Source: Planctomycetota bacterium (lineage in GTDB: Bacteria; Planctomycetota; PLA2; JAEUHO01). Taken from it: a stretch of DNA of 64,000 nucleotides. The first letter of the stretch is position 1. Every line of letters begins with the position of its first letter. The position numbers and the translations under genes were made by a program. Shown here piece by piece: positions 25,380-34,208 of this stretch. The DNA lies in the NCBI GenBank assembly GCA_965222115.1, contig CBDCTJ010000007.1, positions 960,001-1,024,000 on the forward strand, read 5' to 3'. The notes below the pieces were generated by a model. The model worked only from the letters and a program-made list of their open reading frames with translations, was not told the origin of the DNA and made no database searches.

Positions 25380-25618
25380 CGCCGCACCCACCCGCAATCT
25401 CGTCGTTTGCCTTTTGTGACGAAAAAGCCGAAGAAACACGTAGTGTTCTGTACGGCTTCGTTCAAGTCAAGTGGTACCAAATGCCGAGAAATTGGGGAGA
25501 GGTTGCGGGCTGAGACGCGTGCGTAGCGTTTCCCCCTCGCCGCGATCGTTTTCAGGATCCAGTAGTCCCTTTGTCACCCGGGCGTGGCGTGGTGGATTGC
25601 GTTGAGGACACACATTTC

Positions 25619-26752
25619 ATGGCCAGGATTCTGATTGTCGAAGACGAGGAATTCCTGCGCGACATTTTGTCGCAGCACTTGGGAACCCAAGGCCATATCT
25701 GCGATCACGCGCCCGATGGTGAAGTCGGGGTGCGCATGGTGGGCGCTGCCAAAGAAGGCTACGACGTCATCATCAGTGACATTCATATGCCCAAGATGGA
25801 TGGTTTGGCGTTTCTCCGTCGAGTACAACCGTACGTCGAGTCGGTCACACCGTGCATGATTCTGACCGCCTACAACGAACTCGAACACGCCATGGAAGCC
25901 ATTCGGCTAGGCGCCTGCAACTTCATTCCTAAAAATCCATTCAATTTGGACGAGATTACTGAAGCCGTCAATCGCGCGTTGGAGTTGCGCAAGGTCTATA
26001 CACTTCGCCACAACTATAAGCAACAGTTGGAACAAAAACTTCGCGAGAAAGAAGAGGAGTTGCGGCGGACCTATGACGGCACGGTGATTGGGTTCGCGTC
26101 GATGATTGAAGGCAAGGACGCCTCCACCATGGCGCATCTCTACCGCGTGCGCGACTACGTGACGTTGCTTGCCAAGGAAGTGGGGCTGCCCGCCGATCAG
26201 ATGCGCGACTTGCAACTGGGGGCCATGCTGCACGACGTGGGAAAGTATCGCGTGCCCGACGCAATCCTGACCAAGCCATCTTCCCTGACGGAAGATGAGT
26301 GGGTCATCATGCGGCGCCACCCGGCCTTTGGCGCGCAGTTCGTGGCGGCGATTCCGTTCCTCACGGGCGCGCGCGATGTCATTGAGTACCACCATGAGCG
26401 TTGGGACGGCAAGGGCTACCCTCATGGGCTGTCGGGTGAGGACATCCCGTTGGCGGCACGCATCTTTGCGGTCGTCGATGCCTTCGATGCCATCGTGTCG
26501 GAGCGCTGTTACAAAGAAGCGCAAACACCGGCCACCGCCTTGGTTGAGATTCGGCGCTGCGCCGGTACGCAGTTTGATCCGTCCATTGTGGACGCCTTTG
26601 AACGTGTCTTGCCGCTTATCGAGCGTTGCGCGGAAGACTTTGAACGCCGCTTCCGGAATGAAATCGAGTCCATTGGTCTTGGCCGCGCCACCGATCGCAA
26701 GCGCGTGGCCGAGCAGGGCCATGAAGTGTTGGACCGCGAACTCCGCGCCTAA
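25619..26752 (+). CDS. Response regulator with HD-GYP c-di-GMP phosphodiesterase domain
   Basis: Receiver ILIVEDE...SDIHMP..DG; HDVGK; HHERWDGKGYP. Confidence 0.95.
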   Translation: MARILIVEDEEFLRDILSQHLGTQGHICDHAPDGEVGVRMVGAAKEGYDVIISDIHMPKMDGLAFLRRVQPYVESVTPCMILTAYNELEHAMEAIRLGACNFIPKNPFNLDEITEAVNRALELRKVYTLRHNYKQQLEQKLREKEEELRRTYDGTVIGFASMIEGKDASTMAHLYRVRDYVTLLAKEVGLPADQMRDLQLGAMLHDVGKYRVPDAILTKPSSLTEDEWVIMRRHPAFGAQFVAAIPFLTGARDVIEYHHERWDGKGYPHGLSGEDIPLAARIFAVVDAFDAIVSERCYKEAQTPATALVEIRRCAGTQFDPSIVDAFERVLPLIERCAEDFERRFRNEIESIGLGRATDRKRVAEQGHEVLDRELRA

Positions 26753-26764
26753 CGTTGTGGGTCG

Positions 26765-27571
26765 TTATGCGCGCTTTCGGCGTTCGAAGAACTTCTTACG
26801 GAAGAATCGCGGTGGGTTCTTTTCCGAGAGCAACCCCACCGCTACCATACCGCCTTCACGATCTTTGAACTCAGCGGCGACCAGTTGCGCGCGGGTGGTC
26901 CACACCGCTTGACCCGCATGCACAAACCGAAGCGACAAGGGGTGTTCACCGAGTCGTGCGTGCACATCGCCATCACTTCGCGCAGGAAGATCGGCGGCAA
27001 TCATGCGTTCGCCCAAGCCCCGTACGCGACCGATGTAGCGAGGTCCCGCTGTGGTGCCCGCATCATCGGCAAATACCAAAACCTGTAAGTAGAGGTTGGG
27101 ACGCGTGAGTAGCGACAGGCCGTCCAGCACATCATGAACACGTGTGGGCGCGCGCTGAATGGCCATTTCGCTGCTCATGCCCAAACGGCGCTGCTGCTCG
27201 GGCGTTAGCGATGTTGCGAAGGAACATCCGAGAAACAGCCCGTCTTCTTCGCCGCTGCGCGTTCCCAAGCGCAACATCCGCGTTTCGGTAACGACCCCGT
27301 GATCGGGAAACACGAGATCGAATCCGCCGTCAAACTCCTCGTGCATCCATTCGATCAGATTGGCCGCGTCGTCGTCCATGGCCTTCATGAGCGCCTCGCG
27401 ATCGACGCGCATCAAAACGCCGCCTTCCGAGACATCGACCGTGACGCCGGTGTATTCCCCCCGTTTGCATCGCGCCAGCACCGGCAGCTTGAGCAGCAGG
27501 CGCGGATGGGCGCGCTTGCCGGAAAGTAGGGCGCGGAGGGGGTCGCTCTCGCGGTGGGGGTCGTGATTCAC
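26765..27571 (-). CDS. PilZ domain protein (probably tandem PilZ-like)
   Basis: KRAHPR (RxxxR) and DVSEGG (DxSxxG) c-di-GMP-binding motifs; degenerate second barrel beginning QRAPTR. Confidence 0.82.
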   Translation of the reverse strand: MNHDPHRESDPLRALLSGKRAHPRLLLKLPVLARCKRGEYTGVTVDVSEGGVLMRVDREALMKAMDDDAANLIEWMHEEFDGGFDLVFPDHGVVTETRMLRLGTRSGEEDGLFLGCSFATSLTPEQQRRLGMSSEMAIQRAPTRVHDVLDGLSLLTRPNLYLQVLVFADDAGTTAGPRYIGRVRGLGERMIAADLPARSDGDVHARLGEHPLSLRFVHAGQAVWTTRAQLVAAEFKDREGGMVAVGLLSEKNPPRFFRKKFFERRKRA

Positions 27572-27670
27572 GCCGTAGATCTCGGAGCCGGGAAAGGTCG
27601 TAATCTACTGTGAAATGCGGCAAGTCCTATGGCCTCTTCGCGCAGGACTCGAGAACAACGGGTCCGTCCG

Positions 27671-30487
27671 CTACTTCTTGCCTGGTGCCTTCTTTTTGGC
27701 GGCGTCCTTTTTCGGCTCGTCTTTACCGCCGCCTTCGTCCTCGTCTGCTGGCCCGGCCTTGCCCATGAGGGGCGAGAATCGGTAGTAGGTCTCTAGGGAG
27801 AGAATCGACATCGCGGTGCTGAAAATGCGCCCACCGTTGAATCGTGCGGTATCCGGATCCCACGATCCTGCGAGTTCCGGGGGCGAGAGGCGCTGCTTCT
27901 CTGGGTACATCTTACGGATGCTCTGATTCCACTTTCGCCAATACTTCCCTCCCATCTGATGCATGGCGAGCGTCCCGTAGTACCAGTAGTAGTGATACCA
28001 CGTTACCGTCTGAACGCGCTCGAGTCCGTTCATCCACTCCGGGATGTAGTCGGACAGAAGATTCGCGCTGCCAATCATGTAGGGGTGGCTTCGCTTCCAG
28101 CCCATGAAGAAACGGCAAACCATACCGACCGATGTCATCGACACCTTGCGCAGTCCGATTTTGTCCGACTCTTTGAGTTCTAGATAACTTGTGATGGATT
28201 TGAAGTATCGGCGTGCACCAACTTCGTAGGCGAAATCGCTGGAGAGGTCTTCCAGCACTTCTACTTCGCCCGTCAAGTCATACGAACATCGGGTAAGCCA
28301 GTCATCGACGCCGTCCCAGCTCTTTTGGCTAACGTCGAGCCCAACCAAGTCGGCCATCTTGGTCGTCATGAGCACCCAACTTGTGCAACTCGAATCGCTC
28401 TGGAAATAGCGTGGCCCGTAGCGCCATCCCTTGCCCGGCGTTTGGACGCGAACCAGGTAGTCAATGCCCCATTGCGAGGGCTCCATAAACTCTTCGTCAC
28501 CGGAGATACCGTAGCACTCCGTTATTCCCCAGTTGGCCATCGCGATGAGGTACGCGTATATCCATCCACTGTCACCGCCACCCGTTACGGGAAATCCGCC
28601 GTCGTAGAACTGCGTGGCACACAAGAACTCCACGCCGCGGCGCACCACTTCCCGATATTTACCTTCCGACGATGAATATCCGGCGCCGAGAAATGCCAAC
28701 ATGGACAACCCGGTGTATGCGGGCTCGCAATTGACGACGCCGCCATACCCCTTTTCGTTTCCGTCCCACGTGCCGAGAAGGTGTTGTTGTCGCTCAAGCC
28801 AGCGCAGTCCATTCTCCACCGCGCGTTCCGTCCGCGGCGTCAAGCCGTAAAGACCCTTCTCGAGGGCCTGCCGTCGGTTCTCCTGTCGGTTGAATTTGGA
28901 CGCGCGTGGGTAAAATGGATGTTCTGCCTTCGCGATCCATTTGTGCCAGACGTCCTTCTTTCGACCGAACCGATGACCGGTCAATCGTTCCAAGGCGAAT
29001 TCAGCTTCTCGTTTTGCTGCTTCGTCATAGGCGTAGTCGGTGGCGATTCGAAGGGCTTCATCAAACGCCGCGCGTGTGCGTATGTATCCAGATACGCGGA
29101 TCGCTCGCAAGTCGCGCTTCGAGGACTTTCTGCGCGGCTTCACCGGAACCACGATTTCTTTGATGGCTCGCGTGGGATCGACGCCTTCCAAGGCGCGGGC
29201 CGCAAACATGCGTAACGCCCTGTCGTCGGCATGCACAGCAATACGCGCAACTCGATCATACGTGTCTTTGGCGCCAAAGAGTCCGGCCAGTTCCAGCGCC
29301 GTCAATAGAACATCATCGTCACCAGAACTCACGAGGCCCGGAAGTGCCGCCAACAGTAGCTTCTTCGCGCGCGTGCCGAATCGAATGAGGCCCTGGCGTG
29401 CCGCGTCTCGCACTTCCCACGATTTGTCGTCCCGGACAATCTGAATAAGGCGCTGTATGACGCCATCGGGAACATCCATTTTCGGTGAAGCGAGTTCCGT
29501 CTTTTTCTTTGACTCCACGACGTCGTCGCCCGTGACCACGGCTTTGCCGTTAGCGCCTTCTCCTCGTGCGGGCCGGCCCCGCACCACGCGCCACGGCAAG
29601 CGTCCCAGCGCGAGCACGGCGGCATCTCGCAAGTCTTTGTTTCCCTGAGCTCGCGATAGCGCGAGGAGTGAAGTGACATCCCGCAGCGTTGACAGTTCCG
29701 TAATGGCCTTTAGGCACGCATTCTTGGTTGCTGGTTTGGGGTTCTTCTTCAGAATGTATGCGAATGTATCAATGCCTCCCGTGTACCCCACGCGCTTGAG
29801 GGCCCACACGGCATAAAGCCCAGCGTAGTCGCTGCGATCTCTTCGAACCATTTTGACGAGGGCTTCTCGGCAAGCGGTCTCGCCGCGGGCACCTGCGGCG
29901 GAGGCCGCAGCACAGCGAATCTCCTCAGAACGGCCACTCAGCCCATCCAGGATGGCCTTTCGTGACTTGGCAAATGTGGAGGGATTGTCCGATTTGAGAT
30001 TGCCGGCCATGAAGAGTGCTTCAGCTTGCACCCGGGGCGATCGGCGCCCACTGGCGAGATAGGCCATCGTGTCATCGACTAGTGGACTTGCCCAGGCGCC
30101 GAATACGCGAGCAAGATTGAGTTGCTTACGTAGTTCCTTCCCGCCCTTGATCGTCCGCTTAAGCCATTTGGCAAACGCCTTGCTCTTAAACAGCGTTTCC
30201 ACGTTCTCTTGGTCGAGCGAAGCGATTGCGTCGCCGCATGCAACGGCGAGATGCGGCTGCACGTAGTCCACGCCTGCCTGAAACAATGCGAAGGCGGCCT
30301 TGTCGTTGCGCTTCTGCGAAATGCTTTGAATCGCCGCATAATTGGCGTCGGCGTCATTGGTTTGGAGTCGCTTGAGCCATTTGTCATCCTTGGCCCGTGC
30401 AGTTGAAACGAGAAACGCAGCCATGACCACAAGCAGTGCCCATGCCCCTGCCCGGGTCGCCAATTGAGTTGCGCGCATAGTGCTCAC
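27671..30487 (-). CDS. Secreted HEAT-repeat plus prenyltransferase/squalene-cyclase-like (alpha/alpha barrel) protein
   Basis: Signal peptide; HEAT repeats (DKSWEVRDAARQGL); C-terminal ERAVENGLRWLERQQ..GTW, YTGLSMLAFLGAG, GWRY, YYWYYGTLAMHQ, GSWDP, LSLETYYR. Confidence 0.85.
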   Translation of the reverse strand: MSTMRATQLATRAGAWALLVVMAAFLVSTARAKDDKWLKRLQTNDADANYAAIQSISQKRNDKAAFALFQAGVDYVQPHLAVACGDAIASLDQENVETLFKSKAFAKWLKRTIKGGKELRKQLNLARVFGAWASPLVDDTMAYLASGRRSPRVQAEALFMAGNLKSDNPSTFAKSRKAILDGLSGRSEEIRCAAASAAGARGETACREALVKMVRRDRSDYAGLYAVWALKRVGYTGGIDTFAYILKKNPKPATKNACLKAITELSTLRDVTSLLALSRAQGNKDLRDAAVLALGRLPWRVVRGRPARGEGANGKAVVTGDDVVESKKKTELASPKMDVPDGVIQRLIQIVRDDKSWEVRDAARQGLIRFGTRAKKLLLAALPGLVSSGDDDVLLTALELAGLFGAKDTYDRVARIAVHADDRALRMFAARALEGVDPTRAIKEIVVPVKPRRKSSKRDLRAIRVSGYIRTRAAFDEALRIATDYAYDEAAKREAEFALERLTGHRFGRKKDVWHKWIAKAEHPFYPRASKFNRQENRRQALEKGLYGLTPRTERAVENGLRWLERQQHLLGTWDGNEKGYGGVVNCEPAYTGLSMLAFLGAGYSSSEGKYREVVRRGVEFLCATQFYDGGFPVTGGGDSGWIYAYLIAMANWGITECYGISGDEEFMEPSQWGIDYLVRVQTPGKGWRYGPRYFQSDSSCTSWVLMTTKMADLVGLDVSQKSWDGVDDWLTRCSYDLTGEVEVLEDLSSDFAYEVGARRYFKSITSYLELKESDKIGLRKVSMTSVGMVCRFFMGWKRSHPYMIGSANLLSDYIPEWMNGLERVQTVTWYHYYWYYGTLAMHQMGGKYWRKWNQSIRKMYPEKQRLSPPELAGSWDPDTARFNGGRIFSTAMSILSLETYYRFSPLMGKAGPADEDEGGGKDEPKKDAAKKKAPGKK

Positions 30488-30520
30488 TTTCTACGAATCG
30501 ATGCGGCGATGGGTGCGATG

Positions 30521-31810
30521 CTAGCGTTCGCCACCGGCGGGCACACGTTTGCGATCGGGTTGGCGATCGGGTTTGCCGCGGCGCTTCTCGGTTTTGCGAC
30601 GCTTCGGTGCGGCGGACTTCGCCTTCTTCTTGGCGCGTAGGGCTGCTTGCTCTGCTGCCTTCTTTGCTTTGATGGCACGCTTCTTGATCGCGGCCGCGCG
30701 GGTCTTGGCGTCGATGGATGACGTGTCCGCAAGGTTCCTCGTGAGCACGGCCTTCAACAGTCGTTCGATGGAGGCAAGACGCCGCTCAATCCGCACCGCC
30801 GAATCGTTGTCGTGACCTCGATGTGCGTGCTGCTCGTGCTGATCTCTCTGCCGAGGGTGTTGTCGATCGTCATGGCTCCGATGGCGTCCTTCGTTGCGCG
30901 CCGGGCGCCGATGTCGCTCACGATCGTGATGTCGATCGTGTGCTCGATGTTGATCGTTCGCCATTGGGTCCGGGCGCTGTCCACGTCCTCGCCCATCGTG
31001 GCGGCCTCGTCGTTGACCCTCGCCACGGCCTCGTTGCCGGTCATGTTGTTGATCATGGGTTCGGCGCTGCCATTGGTGGACCAAGTCCCGCAGTGCACGG
31101 AGCTCACCACGCAATTCTCGGTTTTCGCGTTCCAAGCGTTGCACGCGCCGTTCCATGGAAGATGAACCGGTGGACGCTCCTCGTTTCGTTTCGCGTCGAA
31201 GCATGACACGCGGCGCCGCAGGCCGACGACGACGAAGCGCATCGACGTCGCCTAGTTTCACGTCGGGGACGAGCATGCGAAAGCGCCGGTCGGCGTATGC
31301 GCGCACTGCCGGACTGACGGTGCGTGTGTGCTTCACCACACGGGGTCCGCCGTCGTCTTCTACAATTTCATTCTCCACGATCTCGACGTCTACGGTCTCA
31401 TTCTCGCCTAGGTCATGCTCGTGGATCGGTGCCTTCCGCTTGATGCGCGCTGCAGCATCCACGCCATTGAAACGCGTTGCGAGACGTGTGACGGCAGTCC
31501 GCAAATGATCCGACGCCCTTTGCAGGTTGGTGGAACGACGCGCCGATGTCGCTACGCGCTCCCTTGTCGCATCGAGTTTGGCCCTCAGCTCGTTCGCGTC
31601 GCGGCGCGAACGAACCAGCGAGGCAAACGCGTCGATCGACCGCTCAAGTTCCGAAACGTGACCGCGCATCGAGTCAATCGTTTTGGCGAGGTCGAGCACG
31701 TTAGCGCGGGTGACCTGGTTGGACACGGCCGGCTCCTCGGCCACGGCGGACTGAAACCCGCCGAGCATGAGCCCGCCTACCATCACAATACCGATTGCAT
31801 GCTTGATCAT
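30521..31810 (-). CDS. Secreted coiled-coil protein with His/Arg/Asp-rich and Lys/Ala-rich low-complexity segments
   Basis: Signal peptide MIKHAIG...SAVA; heptad segments; H/R/D/Q-rich tract. Confidence 0.72.
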   Translation of the reverse strand: MIKHAIGIVMVGGLMLGGFQSAVAEEPAVSNQVTRANVLDLAKTIDSMRGHVSELERSIDAFASLVRSRRDANELRAKLDATRERVATSARRSTNLQRASDHLRTAVTRLATRFNGVDAAARIKRKAPIHEHDLGENETVDVEIVENEIVEDDGGPRVVKHTRTVSPAVRAYADRRFRMLVPDVKLGDVDALRRRRPAAPRVMLRRETKRGASTGSSSMERRVQRLERENRELRGELRALRDLVHQWQRRTHDQQHDRQRGRGEGQRRGRHDGRGRGQRPDPMANDQHRAHDRHHDRERHRRPARNEGRHRSHDDRQHPRQRDQHEQHAHRGHDNDSAVRIERRLASIERLLKAVLTRNLADTSSIDAKTRAAAIKKRAIKAKKAAEQAALRAKKKAKSAAPKRRKTEKRRGKPDRQPDRKRVPAGGER

Positions 31811-31932
31811 CGTTTGTGGCTCCCGTCGAGGTGGTCGCGAATGACGCTTACAATCATAGGGACCCTTCCCGCGAATGGGGCGGCCGGGCGCGGTGTCCAG
31901 CCCTTTGGCACGTATGGAGCGAGTCGTAGGTC

Positions 31933-32334
31933 ATGCGTCCCCTCGCCGCCACGCTGCTCCCTACCGGCATGTTGGTACTCATGCTGTGCGTCGCGTGGGC
32001 GTTCGGAGCAGCGTCCGTTACGCGACAGAACCGGACCATCTACGAACAGACGTTGGACCTCTGCCACTCGATTCATCGTGGCGAGGTCGATTCGGTGCTT
32101 CAAAGCCTGCCAGATGGGGCCTCATCCGGCGATGTTCGGTCTACGTTTGCCCTGCGCATCGAGCGCCGCGTCGGCCAGCCCTTTTCGATTCGCCGCGTTC
32201 GTCGCGGCGACGATGGCGCTTGGGAATCCCAGGTGATTTGGTCCTCCGGCGATGGATCGCCGCCGATTCGGGACCGTTTTCATTGGTTGAGCTTGAGCGA
32301 CGGGTCCTTGCTCGGTTGGTCCACCGATCGTTAG
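31933..32334 (+). CDS. Hypothetical protein with N-terminal TM
   Basis: 133-aa ORF with a hydrophobic N-terminus, filling the gap before the next gene. Confidence 0.55.
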   Translation: MRPLAATLLPTGMLVLMLCVAWAFGAASVTRQNRTIYEQTLDLCHSIHRGEVDSVLQSLPDGASSGDVRSTFALRIERRVGQPFSIRRVRRGDDGAWESQVIWSSGDGSPPIRDRFHWLSLSDGSLLGWSTDR

Positions 32335-32420
32335 CCACCCCACGCACGACCCCGAATCCGCCTGCAAGAGCCGCTACGATGCGTTTTGAAGCAATGACCC
32401 CTCGACACTGGACCTTCCCC

Positions 32421-33425
32421 ATGACGCCACCATCGATTTCCCGTCCTGCATTGCGAACGTTTCTACGCCCGTCGTTCGCCGTGTGCCTCATCGTGTTTCT
32501 TGGCTTCACGGGCATCGGAATGGCGCCGCCGGCTCAGGCCGACACGCTTGAACTAAACGATGGCCGCGTTGTGGAAGGCGCCGTGCTGGGCAGCGCAACA
32601 GAAAAGGGCAAGAAAGGTCTCCTGGTTTTGGATCGTTTCGGTGTTGCCTTTGTTGCCAACGACACCATTAAGAAACGCACCAAAGGCCGCGACTTGGATT
32701 CTCAGATTCGCGAACGGTTGGCCAAGCTACCGGAAGACGACTTCAAGAATCGTGCACGATTGGCCCGGTGGATGGCCACGGTGGGGCGCACCGAAGAAGC
32801 GCTTGATCTTGCGGCACGCATCATTGCGAAAGACCCCGAAAACGCCATTGCACATGGTGTTTTGGGCCATGAGCGGTTTCGCGGCAAGTGGATGACGCCC
32901 GACGCGGCGAAGCGCGCGCAGGGGCTCGAGCGTCACGGCAACCGCTGGTATACGCCCGACGAATGGAAGAATGCACAGGCGAAGGAACGTGATGCTGCCA
33001 ACGCTGCCGAAAGGAAAGCCCAGGCCGCAGCGCTTCGAAAGAAAGTTAATCGGCTTGTGGGACTCATGTTTAGCCCTCATCAAGCCACACGCGAGCGTGC
33101 GGAGGCGGCGCTACGCGCGCTCGGGGACGAGACCAAGTCCAAGGCGATTCCGGAGCTCATTGAACGCGTGAAGGCGTATCGCAACAAGCTCGACGACGTA
33201 CGCGTTAAGGCTGCAGCGGGAAGCATCGCCGGTGCCGGGGGCGGAGGGACCGGGTATGCCCTCACGGAATTTCGCGTTGCGATGAGCAAGCTAAAGCGCC
33301 CCATCCGAGAGTTTCAGACCAGCCTCGCAAGCAGTCTTGGCGGCGCGCCGGTGACCATCCAACTTCCCGAACTGTCTGTCATCAAGGTCAACACGACGGC
33401 GCTCATCCCTATTGTCGTCGACTAG
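32421..33425 (+). CDS. Secreted planctomycete-type hypothetical protein
   Basis: Signal peptide ending AQA then DTLELNDGRVVEG; TPR-like segment; tandem GHERFRGKWMTP / GLERHGNRWYTP repeats. The track ORF start at 31875 is probably too far upstream. Confidence 0.75.
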   Translation: MTPPSISRPALRTFLRPSFAVCLIVFLGFTGIGMAPPAQADTLELNDGRVVEGAVLGSATEKGKKGLLVLDRFGVAFVANDTIKKRTKGRDLDSQIRERLAKLPEDDFKNRARLARWMATVGRTEEALDLAARIIAKDPENAIAHGVLGHERFRGKWMTPDAAKRAQGLERHGNRWYTPDEWKNAQAKERDAANAAERKAQAAALRKKVNRLVGLMFSPHQATRERAEAALRALGDETKSKAIPELIERVKAYRNKLDDVRVKAAAGSIAGAGGGGTGYALTEFRVAMSKLKRPIREFQTSLASSLGGAPVTIQLPELSVIKVNTTALIPIVVD

Positions 33426-33470
33426 ACCATTAGCCGTTGACTACGCCATCTAGTCTTTGACTACGCCATC
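33418..33470 (+). repeat. Direct repeat TTGACTACGCCATC x2 (period 20) plus a degenerate third copy
   Basis: Exact copies at 33437-33450 and 33457-33470; TCGACTAGACCAT at 33418-33430. Confidence 0.8.
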
Positions 33471-33494
33471 GCCACCGGCGTTTGGAAGATTTGC

Positions 33495-33541
33495 GACAGG
33501 GTGTCAGGGAATTGACCCAAGGATCATGACATTTTGTCATG
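33495..33541. promoter_or_regulatory. Two GACA-N3-TGTC palindromes, candidate enhancer sites
   Basis: GACAGGGTGTC (33495-33505) and CATGACATTTTGTCATG (33525-33541), about 110-150 nt upstream of a -24/-12 element. Confidence 0.55.
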
Positions 33542-33647
33542 GAGCGCCACGCATCGTGTCCGCCTGAATCCGACGCTCATGTCATAACTTATTATTTTAC
33601 AGGATCTTATATTCGTTTGCTCACTAGCGTTGGAGGCCGAACGGGAA

Positions 33648-33662
33648 TGGCACCGGCATTGC
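33648..33662 (+). promoter_or_regulatory. Sigma-54 (-24/-12) promoter
   Basis: TGGCAC-CGGCA-TTGC matches TGGCAC-N5-TTGC exactly; preceded by an AT-rich IHF-like tract at about 33583-33601. Confidence 0.7.
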
Positions 33663-33676
33663 CTTTTCGGGTTGCC

Positions 33677-34075
33677 ATGACTCCCAATGCCTCGGTCCTG
33701 CTGGGCTTACGCGCGCGGACGGCTCCCGATCGGGATCTGCGCCAGCGCTTGGAGCGTTGGGTCAAGTGTCATGGTTTCCGTCCCCGATTCACGCCGGATG
33801 CGGGCGAAGCGCTTCGCTGGCTCGAAGAGGAGCCGTTTGCGGCTTCGCTCTTTGATTCCGACATGGAACGGCAGGACGGGCAGATGGTGTGGCAACTGGT
33901 TGAGCCGGTTGTTGCACGGCGCTCGGTCCTGTTGGCGCGGGATCGTCGTTCCACGATTTGGTTTGGCGCGCTCCGAACAGGCATGGGCACGGTGCTGCCG
34001 TTCCCGCCCGATGCGGGCACCTTTGAGGAGGCGCTGCGTGTGGTGGGGGCGTTTGGGCCACCCGGCACAGGCTAA
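33677..34075 (+). CDS. Stand-alone degenerate receiver (CheY-like) domain protein
   Basis: DAGEALRWLEEEPFAASLFDSDM...DG and ALRTGMGTVLPFPPD follow receiver topology, but the N-terminal acidic pair and conserved Lys are absent. Confidence 0.6.
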   Translation: MTPNASVLLGLRARTAPDRDLRQRLERWVKCHGFRPRFTPDAGEALRWLEEEPFAASLFDSDMERQDGQMVWQLVEPVVARRSVLLARDRRSTIWFGALRTGMGTVLPFPPDAGTFEEALRVVGAFGPPGTG

Positions 34076-34208
34076 AGCCACGTTGGGCATGAGCGCACTC
34101 GAGTAGATAGAAAGCGCGTGTAGTTAGCAAGCGTGTGCATGTGGTTTCGACGGGAACAACTCGTGTGTTCTCCATAGAGAGCAGGCACGCGTCCAAAGGA
34201 CAATACCT

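Noticed and set aside
25400-25425. c-di-GMP-I riboswitch-like AAAGGCAAAC on the minus strand
   Set aside because: The following GAAA-capped P2 and GACGCAAAGC/P3 elements are missing, and the orientation is opposite to the downstream gene.
34090-34120. Possible CIRCE (HrcA operator) upstream of groES: GCGCACTC-N9-GAAAGCGC
   Set aside because: Only GCACTC matches TTAGCACTC-N9-GAGTGCTAA; the right arm is too divergent.
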